Assembly: GCA_020024085.1 (NCBI GenBank)
Contig: JAHHUG010000001.1
Coordinates: forward strand, 1 to 62,908
Direction: 5' to 3'
Length of the DNA: 62,908 bases
DNA from: Christensenellaceae bacterium
GTDB lineage: Bacteria > Bacillota > Clostridia > Christensenellales > CAAEEZ01
In this document: positions 47,980 to 57,356 of the stretch, in pieces
Layout: every line of letters starts with the position of its first letter
Numbering within the stretch: the stretch's first letter is position 1
Position numbers and translations under genes: made by a program
Notes under the pieces: generated by a model
What the model saw: only the letters and a program-made list of their open reading frames with translations
Databases searched by the model: none
Told to the model about the DNA's origin: nothing

Positions 47980-49128
47980 ATGTTAGAAAAAATTTTTATC
48001 AAAGATTATAATAATGTCAAATCAGCAAATGTTCGTGCAAAATATGGTTATCTTGCCAGTGGTGTAAGTTTAGTAATGAATATTTTACTTGCAGTTGCTA
48101 AAATTGTTGTTGGTGTTATATTCGCATCAGTTGCAGTACTTGCAGATGGTCTTAATAACTTGACAGATGGTGGTAATCTTGCAGTAAGTTTGGTGGGCTT
48201 TAAGTTTGCTAATCGTCCTGCCGATTCAAAGCACCCTTATGGCCACGCAAGGTTAGAATATGTAATCAGCCTTGTTATTAGCATCGTAATATTATTTATC
48301 GGTTTTGAGCTTTTTTCTTCTTCTATCGAAAAGATTGTAAAGCCAGAACCTCAGGAATATTCAATGATAATGGTAGGTGTGCTTGTGGCATCTATTGTGC
48401 TAAAAATTTGGTTAGGACTTTTTAATAGAAGGTTAGGCAAAAAGATTGATTCCTTAACCCTTAAAGCAACGGCAATGGATAGTATTAATGATAGTATTGT
48501 AACCGTTGCAGTATTGATTAGTACACTTGTAGGTATGTACACTGGTGTTTCCCTAGATGCTTATTGTGGTATTATCGTATCGTTATTTATCTTTTATAGT
48601 GGAATAATGCTAATTAAGGAAACTATGGGACCTCTTCTTGGAGAGACTGCCGATGAAAGTTTGGTTGAGGAGATTATTTCAAAAATCAAAATGTACGATG
48701 GCGTTAAGGGTGTGCACGATATTCAAGCACATAACTACGGACCAAATAAGTATTTTATCAGCCTTCATGTTGAGGTGGATAGAAATGTAGACATTATGGT
48801 TAGCCATGAAATGATTGATAAAATCGAAACTGACCTTAATGATGAAAATATCCATGTTGTAATACATATGGACCCAGTTGTTATCAATAATCCAGTGCTA
48901 GATAAGTACAAGGAAATGGAAAAAAATATCGTAAAGGAAATTAACGAACATTCTACTTTGCACGATTTTAGAATGGTAGATGGCGAAAATAGAATTAACC
49001 TAATTTTTGATGTAACAGTACCTTTTAGTGATAAAAGAACTGACTGCGAAATTAAGGAATTAGTGGAAAATAAGACAAAAGAAATAGATACAAAATTGTT
49101 CACTGTCGTAAATATCGACAGGTTTTAG
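47980..49128 (+). CDS. cation diffusion facilitator (CDF) family transporter
   Basis: Six TM helices with LADGLNNLTDG and HPYGHARLEY motifs, plus a C-terminal cytoplasmic domain. Confidence 0.85.
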   Translation: MLEKIFIKDYNNVKSANVRAKYGYLASGVSLVMNILLAVAKIVVGVIFASVAVLADGLNNLTDGGNLAVSLVGFKFANRPADSKHPYGHARLEYVISLVISIVILFIGFELFSSSIEKIVKPEPQEYSMIMVGVLVASIVLKIWLGLFNRRLGKKIDSLTLKATAMDSINDSIVTVAVLISTLVGMYTGVSLDAYCGIIVSLFIFYSGIMLIKETMGPLLGETADESLVEEIISKIKMYDGVKGVHDIQAHNYGPNKYFISLHVEVDRNVDIMVSHEMIDKIETDLNDENIHVVIHMDPVVINNPVLDKYKEMEKNIVKEINEHSTLHDFRMVDGENRINLIFDVTVPFSDKRTDCEIKELVENKTKEIDTKLFTVVNIDRF

Positions 49129-49137
49129 GAGGTAAAA

Positions 49138-49650
49138 ATGAGTTTTGTAGAAACAGATAAAATGACAGATTTAGTAAAGATTGTAATGGAAAATGGTAAG
49201 AGCATTGTTGTAAAAGTAGACAACGAGGAAGCTCCTATTACTGTTGCTAACTTCAAAAAGTTAGTTAGTGAAGGTTTTTATGATGGACTAATTTTCCATA
49301 GAGTTATAAAGGGCTTTATGATTCAAGGTGGCGACCCAACTGGTACTGGTTGTGGCGGTAGCGATAAGGAAATCAAGGGCGAGTTTAGAGCTAATGGTGT
49401 AAAAAATAGCCTTAGCCACTTAAGAGGTGTTATCTCTATGGCAAGAGCACAAAACCCAAACTCTGCAAGTAGTCAATTTTTCATTTGCCACGAAGATGCA
49501 ACATTCCTTGATGGTCAATATGCAAGTTTTGGTAAGGTTGTAGAAGGTATTGAGGTTGTTGATGAAATTGCAAATGTAGATACTAATTATATGGATAAAC
49601 CACTTCAAACTCAAAAAATGCAAAAGGTTGTATTTGTTGAAGAGGCTTAA
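49138..49650 (+). CDS. ppiB: cyclophilin-type peptidyl-prolyl cis-trans isomerase
   Basis: FHRVIKGFMIQGGDP and SQFFIC motifs, 170 aa. Confidence 0.9.
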   Translation: MSFVETDKMTDLVKIVMENGKSIVVKVDNEEAPITVANFKKLVSEGFYDGLIFHRVIKGFMIQGGDPTGTGCGGSDKEIKGEFRANGVKNSLSHLRGVISMARAQNPNSASSQFFICHEDATFLDGQYASFGKVVEGIEVVDEIANVDTNYMDKPLQTQKMQKVVFVEEA

Positions 49651-49670
49651 TATATTACAAAATTAAAATA

Positions 49671-49748
49671 AAGAGTGAAATAATAGAGCAATATAAAAGA
49701 GTGAAATAAAAAGATAAAATAAAAGAGTGAAATAAAAGTGAGATTTAT
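49671..49748 (+). repeat. three phased direct repeats AAGAGTGAAATAA with a 26-bp period (degenerate 13-bp sub-period)
   Basis: Identical 13-mers at 49671, 49697 and 49723. The intervening 13-mers (TAGAGCAATATAA, AAAGATAAAATAA, AAGTGAGATTTAT) are degenerate relatives. The array sits between the ppiB stop and the deoC SD with no terminator in between. Confidence 0.75.
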
Positions 49749-49775
49749 ATTAATTGTTTAAAGAAGGAGGAAATT

Positions 49776-50432
49776 ATGGAACTACAAGAAATTTTATCAA
49801 AAGTGGACCACACTTTATTAAAACCTACTGCTACTATCAAGGAAATTGAGGATTTAGTAGAAGATGCTATCAAATATAATACTGCATCAGTATGTATCCC
49901 ACCTTGCTATGTTAGTGATGTTAAAAAGAAGTATGGTGATAGTGTAAAGATTTGTACCGTTATTGGTTTTCCTAATGGATACAATTCTACAAAGGTAAAG
50001 GTATATGAGGCAAAACAAGCTATAAAAGATGGTGCTGATGAGATTGATATGGTTATCAATATTGGCGACCTTAAAGCTAAAAAATATACCAAAGTTAAAA
50101 ATGAAATCAAAAAGTTAAGACAAGCAACAGAGGGTAAGATACTTAAGGTTATTATCGAAACTTGCCTACTTAACGAAAGAGAAAAAATCAAAATGTGCAA
50201 GATTATTTCTGAAGTTGGTGCTGATTATATCAAAACTTCAACAGGCTTTTCTACCGAAGGTGCAACCTTTAGTGATATTAAATTGTTTAGACAATATATC
50301 TCAAAAGATGTCAAAATGAAGGCTGCTGGTGGTATTAGCTCAATTGAAGATGCAGAGGAATTTATTAATCTTGGTTGCGATAGACTAGGCACAAGCAGAA
50401 TTGTAAAAATTGCTAAAGAGTTAGAAAAATAA
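49776..50432 (+). CDS. deoC: deoxyribose-phosphate aldolase
   Basis: VDHTLLKP, EIDMVINIG and the Schiff-base Lys region YIKTSTGF. Confidence 0.9.
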   Translation: MELQEILSKVDHTLLKPTATIKEIEDLVEDAIKYNTASVCIPPCYVSDVKKKYGDSVKICTVIGFPNGYNSTKVKVYEAKQAIKDGADEIDMVINIGDLKAKKYTKVKNEIKKLRQATEGKILKVIIETCLLNEREKIKMCKIISEVGADYIKTSTGFSTEGATFSDIKLFRQYISKDVKMKAAGGISSIEDAEEFINLGCDRLGTSRIVKIAKELEK

Positions 50433-50453
50433 TAGTTTATTGGTTGTGGGATT

Positions 50454-51611
50454 ATGGCAAAAAGAGTATTTTTAATAGTTTTGGATAGCTTCGGTATTGG
50501 TGGTGCAAAAGATGCAAATCTATTTAATGACCTTGGTAGCAATACTCTAAAAAGTGTCAGCAGTGATAGTAATTTTTATGCACCAAACCTTACAAAACTT
50601 GGTTTGTTTGCAATAGATGGAGTTGAACCAAAGATAACAGATAATATCATTGGTAATTATGGAAGGCTTGAAGAAAAGTCAATAGGTAAGGATACTACAA
50701 TTGGACATTGGGAGATTGCAGGTTGTATTACAAAAGAACCTTTCCCTACCTATCCAAAGGGTTTTCCTAGTAGAATTATTGATACATTCAAGGGACTTAC
50801 TGGTAGAGGTGTGCTTTGCAACAAACCATATAGTGGTACGCAAGTTATTAAGGATTATGGCAAAAAGCATATTGAAACAGGCGATTTGATTGTATATACA
50901 AGTAGTGATAGTGTATTCCAAATTGCTGCTCACGAAAGTGTAGTTTCGGTGGAACAACTTTATAGGTATTCGGAAATAGCAAGAAAACTATTAACAAATG
51001 AAGATAGTGTTGCAAGGGTAATTGCAAGACCTTTTATTGGAGAATATCCAAACTTTACAAGGACTAGCAATCGTAGAGATTTCTCACTTGCTCCACCAAG
51101 AAATATGTTAGACATATTGCTTGAAAAAAATAAGTCAGTAATTAGTGTTGGTAAAATTTACGATATTTTTGCAGGCAGAGGCTTTACGGAGGAGTATCAC
51201 ACTACAAGCAATACCGACGGAGAAAGAAAAATTATCAGTCTAATGGATAAGGATTTCGAGGGTTTGTGTTTTGTAAATCTTGTAGATTTCGATATGTTGT
51301 ATGGTCATAGAAATGATATTTCTGGATATGCTAGAGCAATAACCGAGTTTGACAAAAATCTTAAGATAATTTTGGATAAACTTAAAAAAGATGATATGCT
51401 AATTATCACAGCAGACCACGGTTGCGACCCTGCTACAATTAGCACTGACCATTCGAGAGAAAATACTCCACTTTTAATTTATGGCAAAAACTTAAAGCGA
51501 GCCGTTAATCTAAAAACTGGCTCATTTAGTGATATTTCTGCTACTATTTTGGATTACTTTGGTATTCAAAATACCTTGGCAGGTAGTAGTAAATTAGATT
51601 TTTTAAGTTAA
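50454..51611 (+). CDS. deoB: phosphopentomutase
   Basis: N-terminal RVFLIVLDSFGIG and C-terminal TADHGCDP motifs, 385 aa. Confidence 0.9.
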   Translation: MAKRVFLIVLDSFGIGGAKDANLFNDLGSNTLKSVSSDSNFYAPNLTKLGLFAIDGVEPKITDNIIGNYGRLEEKSIGKDTTIGHWEIAGCITKEPFPTYPKGFPSRIIDTFKGLTGRGVLCNKPYSGTQVIKDYGKKHIETGDLIVYTSSDSVFQIAAHESVVSVEQLYRYSEIARKLLTNEDSVARVIARPFIGEYPNFTRTSNRRDFSLAPPRNMLDILLEKNKSVISVGKIYDIFAGRGFTEEYHTTSNTDGERKIISLMDKDFEGLCFVNLVDFDMLYGHRNDISGYARAITEFDKNLKIILDKLKKDDMLIITADHGCDPATISTDHSRENTPLLIYGKNLKRAVNLKTGSFSDISATILDYFGIQNTLAGSSKLDFLS

Positions 51612-51612
51612 G

Positions 51613-52104
51613 ATGAATATTGTATTAATAGGTATGCCAACTTGTGGCAAAAGCACCGTTGGTGTAGTGCTTGCAAAAATGCTTGGACTAGATTTTGTGG
51701 ATACGGATATTTTGATTCAAAATAAGTATGGTGCAAAACTAAATAAACTAATCGAAGATAACGGAACGGACGGTTTTCTAGCAATGGAGGAGTCCGTAAT
51801 TAGCTCTGTTGAACTAACAGATACTGTTATTGCAACGGGTGGTAGTGCTGTATATTCAGATAAGGCTATTAAGCACCTTAAACAAATTGCAAAGGTGGTT
51901 TATCTTGATGTACCACTAACCGATATTGAAAATAGAATGACTGACCTTAGGGAAAGAGGTGTAATTATTGAAGAGGGTAAAACCATCGGGGATTTGTATT
52001 TAGAAAGAGAACCGTTGTATCAAAAATATGCCGATTTTACTGTCAGTGAAAAGGGTAGAAGTTTAGAGGATACCGTTGAGGAACTTGTTAAACTTTTTAG
52101 TTGA
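51613..52104 (+). CDS. aroK: shikimate kinase
   Basis: 163 aa with P-loop GMPTCGKSTVG followed by DTD and a GGS motif (ATGGSAV). Confidence 0.85.
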   Translation: MNIVLIGMPTCGKSTVGVVLAKMLGLDFVDTDILIQNKYGAKLNKLIEDNGTDGFLAMEESVISSVELTDTVIATGGSAVYSDKAIKHLKQIAKVVYLDVPLTDIENRMTDLRERGVIIEEGKTIGDLYLEREPLYQKYADFTVSEKGRSLEDTVEELVKLFS

Positions 52105-52129
52105 TTTTGCAAATTTTAATATGTAAAAT
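52101..52129 (+). promoter_or_regulatory. sigma-A-type promoter for the GH2 gene
   Basis: TTGATT (52101-52106), 17-nt spacer, TAAAAT (52124-52129) immediately preceded by TG. The -35 overlaps the aroK stop codon. Confidence 0.5.
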
Positions 52130-52140
52130 TTATGTAATCG

Positions 52141-52158
52141 CAAATAGTTAGCTATTTG
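52141..52158. promoter_or_regulatory. 18-bp near-palindrome CAAATAGTTAGCTATTTG between the promoter and the GH2 start (candidate operator)
   Basis: 9+9 inverted repeat with one mismatched pair, located about +5 to +22 relative to the predicted transcription start. Confidence 0.35.
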
Positions 52159-52185
52159 TATGATTGTATTTATAGTGTAAGGGCA

Positions 52186-54531
52186 ATGGAAGTAATTAAT
52201 TTTAATAGAAATTGGCATTTCAAACAAGGTAATAATGTTGGTGATGAGTCGGGCGTAAGGCAAAATTACGACCTAATTGGATTGCCACATTCTTTTGGAA
52301 TACCATATTATGGAGAGGATACATTTTATGTAGGTTATGGTTGCTACTACAAGACTTTTGACCTACATTTCAACAAGCATGATAAAATTTTGCTTGAATT
52401 TGGTGCTGTATTCCAAGTGGCAGAAATATATATAAACAAAAAATATGTATGTACTCACTCGGGTGGATATACGATGTTTTCTATTGATATTTCCGACTAT
52501 GTGGAAAATGGCAAAAATGACCTTTTTGTAAGGGTAAATAACTTGTGGAGTGAGACTATTGCACCAAGGGCTGGAGAGCATGTATTTAATGGTGGAATAT
52601 ATCGTGATGTAAACCTTATTATTTATCCTAACTCTCATATTGATTGGAATGGTGTAAAAATTTCTACTTCTAAAATTGCCGAAAATAGATACAAAATTAA
52701 TATCAAAACAAAGGTTGTTAATGCTGTCGGCAAGTTGCTTACAAGTAGTATTATTGATAATAATGGCGATGTGGTCGCTGTTACTGAAAATGCTGTTGGC
52801 ACCAACCTTATAGAACAAGAAATTGAATTGAATAGACCTCATTTGTGGTCAATTGATAAGCCTTACTTGTATACTTTGAGGTCAAAACTAGGGGAAGATA
52901 GTTTAGAAACCACATTTGGTATCAGGACTATCGAATGGCGTAGTGAGGACGGATTTTTCCTTAATGACAGACATGTTTTACTTGAAGGCGTCAATGTGCA
53001 TCAAGATAGAGGTGGTTGGGCAGATGCTTCTACTCATGCTGGAATATATCGTGATATCAAATTGATGAAAGATGCAGGTTTCAACTTTATTAGAGGTGCT
53101 CATTATCCACATCATACCGAGTTTGCTAAGGAATGTGATAGACAAGGTATGTTGTTTTGGAGTGAGGGAACTTTTTGGGGAATTGGTGCATTTATTCAAG
53201 ATGGATATTGGAATAGTAGTGCAATGCCAGTTCGACAAAAGGACTTTGAGCCGTTTGAGAAAAACCTTAAGCAACAGCTTTATGAAATGATTAACAGTAA
53301 TTACAACTCTCCAAGTATTATTTGTTGGAGTATCGGTAATGAAATGTTCTTTTCAAAAAAGGAAGTAATCAAAGATATGAAAGAGCTTGTACAAAGGCTT
53401 GTTGATTACTGTCATCAACTAGACCCAACAAGACCAGTTGCAATAGGTGGTGCACATAGAGAGGATATGGATAAACTTGGAGATATTGCAGGTTACAATG
53501 GCGACGGTGCAATTATTTTCAAAAATCCAGGTGTACCTAATGTGCTAACAAGTTATGGTAGTATTCCTTCGTATAGACCAGGTAGAGTGGATTTGTACGA
53601 GACAAAGGGTAGTGATGTTCATTATAGTTGGAGGGCAGGTCGTGCTTTATGGTGTGGATTCCACCATGGTAGTATTTCAAGTATAGGCAATCTTGGTATA
53701 TGCGACTTGTATCGTTTGCCACTTAATGCCTACTATGCATATCGCAATAAAAATATGAACGAGCCTATTCCAAAGCCAGCTGTTAGGGATAAGGTAAAAA
53801 GGCTTGAACTTGTTGCTGATAAAAACTATCTAAAGGGCGATGGCACTGATGATGTAATGATTACTTGCACACTTGTAAATAATCGTGGCGAAAGAGTTTG
53901 CTATGATGGAGAGGTACGATTAGAGGTTGTTAGTGGTCCATTATTGCTACCAACTGGTAAAACTATGACCTTTAGCAGTAAATTAAAAAATCTTTTTGAT
54001 GGTATGTTCCAAATTGAAGCAAGAGGCTACTATTCGGGTAAGAGTTTGGTACTTGCCAAAATGGGAGATGTTGTAAGTAGTATGCTTATTGTTGAAGTGC
54101 TAGCCGATGAGGATTATACTAACCAAGATATTGTGTATATGCCATTACCTGCGAATAAGGAACGACCAAAATCTCCATATACGGATATTATTGAAAATAA
54201 GCCAGTATTTGTAAGTAGTGAGGTTATTTCAGGTTCTTGTAGATGCTTGACATCGACATACTCAAAGTATTGGTCTCCACAAAAAACTGACTCTCAACCA
54301 TATTTGCTAATTGACTTCCAACAATTTTATGATAGATATACTATCTATGTAAAGGCAAAATTATTTAGTCAGCTAGCAATGAAAATTTCCACTTCAATTG
54401 ATGGCAGAGATTGGATTGATTTGGGAGTAACTGATAAACGAAGAATAACTATTAATAATAGGGCAAGATATATTAAGATAAGAGTAAACAAAAAAGCAAA
54501 GATTAAACGAATAAAAATATTTGAAAGGTAA
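52186..54531 (+). CDS. glycoside hydrolase family 2 protein (beta-galactosidase/beta-glucuronidase type) with a C-terminal extension
   Basis: NRNWHF at the N-terminus, a sugar-binding domain, RGAHYPH, and the acid/base region WSIGNE. ATG at 52186 is preferred over the TTG at 52156. Confidence 0.8.
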   Translation: MEVINFNRNWHFKQGNNVGDESGVRQNYDLIGLPHSFGIPYYGEDTFYVGYGCYYKTFDLHFNKHDKILLEFGAVFQVAEIYINKKYVCTHSGGYTMFSIDISDYVENGKNDLFVRVNNLWSETIAPRAGEHVFNGGIYRDVNLIIYPNSHIDWNGVKISTSKIAENRYKINIKTKVVNAVGKLLTSSIIDNNGDVVAVTENAVGTNLIEQEIELNRPHLWSIDKPYLYTLRSKLGEDSLETTFGIRTIEWRSEDGFFLNDRHVLLEGVNVHQDRGGWADASTHAGIYRDIKLMKDAGFNFIRGAHYPHHTEFAKECDRQGMLFWSEGTFWGIGAFIQDGYWNSSAMPVRQKDFEPFEKNLKQQLYEMINSNYNSPSIICWSIGNEMFFSKKEVIKDMKELVQRLVDYCHQLDPTRPVAIGGAHREDMDKLGDIAGYNGDGAIIFKNPGVPNVLTSYGSIPSYRPGRVDLYETKGSDVHYSWRAGRALWCGFHHGSISSIGNLGICDLYRLPLNAYYAYRNKNMNEPIPKPAVRDKVKRLELVADKNYLKGDGTDDVMITCTLVNNRGERVCYDGEVRLEVVSGPLLLPTGKTMTFSSKLKNLFDGMFQIEARGYYSGKSLVLAKMGDVVSSMLIVEVLADEDYTNQDIVYMPLPANKERPKSPYTDIIENKPVFVSSEVISGSCRCLTSTYSKYWSPQKTDSQPYLLIDFQQFYDRYTIYVKAKLFSQLAMKISTSIDGRDWIDLGVTDKRRITINNRARYIKIRVNKKAKIKRIKIFER

Positions 54532-54551
54532 GATTTCTAGGAGGGGGGATT

Positions 54552-56159
54552 ATGAAACTTACATTTTTAGGTGCAGCTAGAGAGGTTACGGGTAGCTGTT
54601 ATTTGCTTGAACTTGATAATAAACACTATCTAATTGATTGTGGTATGGAACAAGGTCCGGACCTATACGAAAATGAACAAATACCAGTTGAAGATATCAA
54701 AAATATTGACGGTATTTTTGTTACACACGCACATATTGACCATAGTGGTAACTTGCCAACAATGGTAAAGCATAACTACAATAATCCTATTTATATGACT
54801 AATGCCACAAAGGCACTTTGCGAAATTATGCTTTATGATAGTGCAAAAATCCAAGAGTTTGAGGCAGAATGGAGAAATAGAAAGGCAACAAGGGGTAGCG
54901 AAATACCTTATGAGCCACTATATACCAGTGAAGATGTTGCAAGGACTTTGCCATTAATTGTAGGTTGTAATTATCATGAAGATGTTGTAATAAATGATAA
55001 CCTAACTGTTACATTTATTGATGCAGGGCATTTGCTTGGTTCTAGTAGTATAAAGTTTACTATGACCGTACAAGGTGTTACAAGGACCATTGTATTTAGT
55101 GGCGATATTGGTAACAAAAACAAACCCATATTAAGAAATCCAGAATTTTACGATAGTAGTGACTATGTAGTAATGGAAAGTACATACGGAGATAGACTTA
55201 ATAATGTTGAGGTGGATTATTCAAGAGACCTTGCAAATATTATTGAGTTTACATTTAATAAGGGTGGTAATGTTGTAATACCAGCTTTTGCTGTTGGTAG
55301 AATGCAGGAATTGTTGTTTGCTCTTCGTAAGGTAAAAACGGATAATATGGTTAAAAATTATCCAAACTTTAAGGTTTATGTAGATAGCCCACTTGCTGTT
55401 GAGGCTACAAAAATATTCTCTATGGACTGGAACGACAGTTTTGATGAGGAAACAAAAACTTTGATTAAGCAGGGCATTAACCCTATCGCCTTTGATGGTC
55501 TTGAGCTAAGTATGACAGCTGAAGAAAGTAAAATGATTAACTTTATTGAAGAACCAAAAGTTATACTTTCGGCATCTGGTATGTGTGAGGCGGGTAGAAT
55601 TAGACACCACTTAAAACATAATCTATGGAGACCAGAAAGCACCATTGTATTTGTAGGTTATCAAGTAAATGGAACACTTGGTAGTAAGATATTGAATGGC
55701 GACAAAAAGGTAAAACTCTTTGGAGAAAATGTTTCAGTTAAGGCTGATATTGTAAAACTTCAAGGTACAAGTTCTCACGCTGATAGAGAGGATTTGCTTG
55801 ATTGGATTTCTCATTATAAATCGCCACTTGAAAGGGTGTTTGTTACTCATGGTGATGATAAGGTTAGTGAGGATTTTGCAAATTTGCTATGTGATAAAAA
55901 CTATAATGCACTAGCTCCATATAATGGAGAGGAATGGGATTTAGCAAAAAATATCAAGCTTCAAGATGGTAATACTATTAAACTTACTCGTGGAGTAAGA
56001 AAGAAAAACAAGAAAGTTGAGAATATCAATATTATGGTTGATAGAGCTGTTCAAAAACTTGAAAGCATCGCTGAAGAAATTAAAGAAGGTGCAAATGAAG
56101 ATAAGAGGAAGTTTATTACTGCAATCAATAGAATAATTGATAAATTCAAACGAAATTAA
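54552..56159 (+). CDS. MBL-fold beta-CASP family hydrolase (RNA-metabolising metallo-beta-lactamase type)
   Basis: HAHIDHSG motif, a beta-CASP middle domain and a late His (SSHAD). Strong SD AGGAGGGGGG upstream. Confidence 0.75.
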   Translation: MKLTFLGAAREVTGSCYLLELDNKHYLIDCGMEQGPDLYENEQIPVEDIKNIDGIFVTHAHIDHSGNLPTMVKHNYNNPIYMTNATKALCEIMLYDSAKIQEFEAEWRNRKATRGSEIPYEPLYTSEDVARTLPLIVGCNYHEDVVINDNLTVTFIDAGHLLGSSSIKFTMTVQGVTRTIVFSGDIGNKNKPILRNPEFYDSSDYVVMESTYGDRLNNVEVDYSRDLANIIEFTFNKGGNVVIPAFAVGRMQELLFALRKVKTDNMVKNYPNFKVYVDSPLAVEATKIFSMDWNDSFDEETKTLIKQGINPIAFDGLELSMTAEESKMINFIEEPKVILSASGMCEAGRIRHHLKHNLWRPESTIVFVGYQVNGTLGSKILNGDKKVKLFGENVSVKADIVKLQGTSSHADREDLLDWISHYKSPLERVFVTHGDDKVSEDFANLLCDKNYNALAPYNGEEWDLAKNIKLQDGNTIKLTRGVRKKNKKVENINIMVDRAVQKLESIAEEIKEGANEDKRKFITAINRIIDKFKRN

Positions 56160-56199
56160 CAAAAGTATTATCAAATAATATAATTTATAAAGTAGTTTT

Positions 56200-56231
56200 A
56201 AGGTTAGACATAATTTGTGTCTAACCTTTTT
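56200..56231 (+). terminator. intrinsic terminator after the beta-CASP gene
   Basis: AAGGTTAGACA / TGTCTAACCTT 11-bp stem with a 7-nt loop, followed by TTTT. Confidence 0.8.
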
Positions 56232-56443
56232 ATTATATAAAATAGTAAAATATAGAGTACTCGCATTGTAAAACAGTAATATTTTTCAATATTTTTGTAC
56301 AATTTTGGGTATAAAGTCATATATTATTGGATAGTTTTGAATGATATATATTAAAAATAAATATATTTTATTTATAATAAACAATATCAAAATCGTTGGG
56401 AAAAATTATAAATAATGTTATAATAATTCCGTAGGTAAAAATT

Positions 56444-57250
56444 ATGATAGATAGCCATACTCATTCAATACATTCTCACGATGGTAGAGAACGAATAAAA
56501 ACTTTGGTCAGTACTGCCGATAAACTTCAGCTAGAGTACTATGCTATTACTGAACATTTAGACAAGGATTATCAGTTTGGCAAAAAAGAGAGGCTTTGTA
56601 GACAGCTTAATTTGCCATTGTACAAAAAACATTTTGATAAGGTAAAAAGCAAATATTCTGGCAATACTTATCTTGCATTTGGTATTGAGCTTGGATATGA
56701 TAAAAGGCTAGAAAAATATTATTCCGATATTATTGAAAAGTATGATTTTGATGTTGTTATCAATTCCGTTCACACCATTGGTGGCATAGAGGCATATTAT
56801 GGAGATATCTTCAAAAATACTTCTCAAGATGAAATATACAACAAGTACCTTGATACATTGATTGACCTTGTTAATGCACCATATAATTACAATATTGTAA
56901 GCCATATTGGATACATTACGAGGTATGCTAATTACGAAAATAATTGTTTGTATCAAGATAGGTTCAAGGCTAAAATTGATACTTTACTTACCTTGATTAT
57001 CGCTAAAGATAAAACACTTGAAATCAACACTCATGTACATAAAAATAATATGGAGTATTTACCCGAGTATGATATTCTAAAAAGGTACTATGAGTTAGGT
57101 GGTAGAAATATTACTTTCTCTTCCGATGCACATCAAAAAGAGCAGATTGCAGAAAAATATGATTTAGCAGTTGAGGTTGCAAAAGAGATTGGGTTTAGCG
57201 AGTGGACTGTATACAAAAAGCAGATTCCACACAAAATAAAGATAGATTAG
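56444..57250 (+). CDS. PHP-domain histidinol-phosphatase (HisJ) family protein
   Basis: N-terminal IDSHTHSIHSHDG, with later His/Asp residues (SVH, SHIGY, SSDAH) typical of the PHP fold. Confidence 0.7.
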   Translation: MIDSHTHSIHSHDGRERIKTLVSTADKLQLEYYAITEHLDKDYQFGKKERLCRQLNLPLYKKHFDKVKSKYSGNTYLAFGIELGYDKRLEKYYSDIIEKYDFDVVINSVHTIGGIEAYYGDIFKNTSQDEIYNKYLDTLIDLVNAPYNYNIVSHIGYITRYANYENNCLYQDRFKAKIDTLLTLIIAKDKTLEINTHVHKNNMEYLPEYDILKRYYELGGRNITFSSDAHQKEQIAEKYDLAVEVAKEIGFSEWTVYKKQIPHKIKID

Positions 57251-57356
57251 ATTATTAGTAGTAAATTAAATTTTGGATTAATGGTTGTGGCATTTTTTCA
57301 AAATATAATATAAATTTTTACGATAGGGATAAAAGAAAAAATAAGAGATTATAACT

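Noticed and set aside
49671-49748. The 26-bp phased repeats interpreted as a miniature CRISPR array.
   Set aside because: The repeat (13 nt) and spacer (13 nt) are far too short, the 'spacers' are degenerate copies of the repeat, and there are no cas genes.
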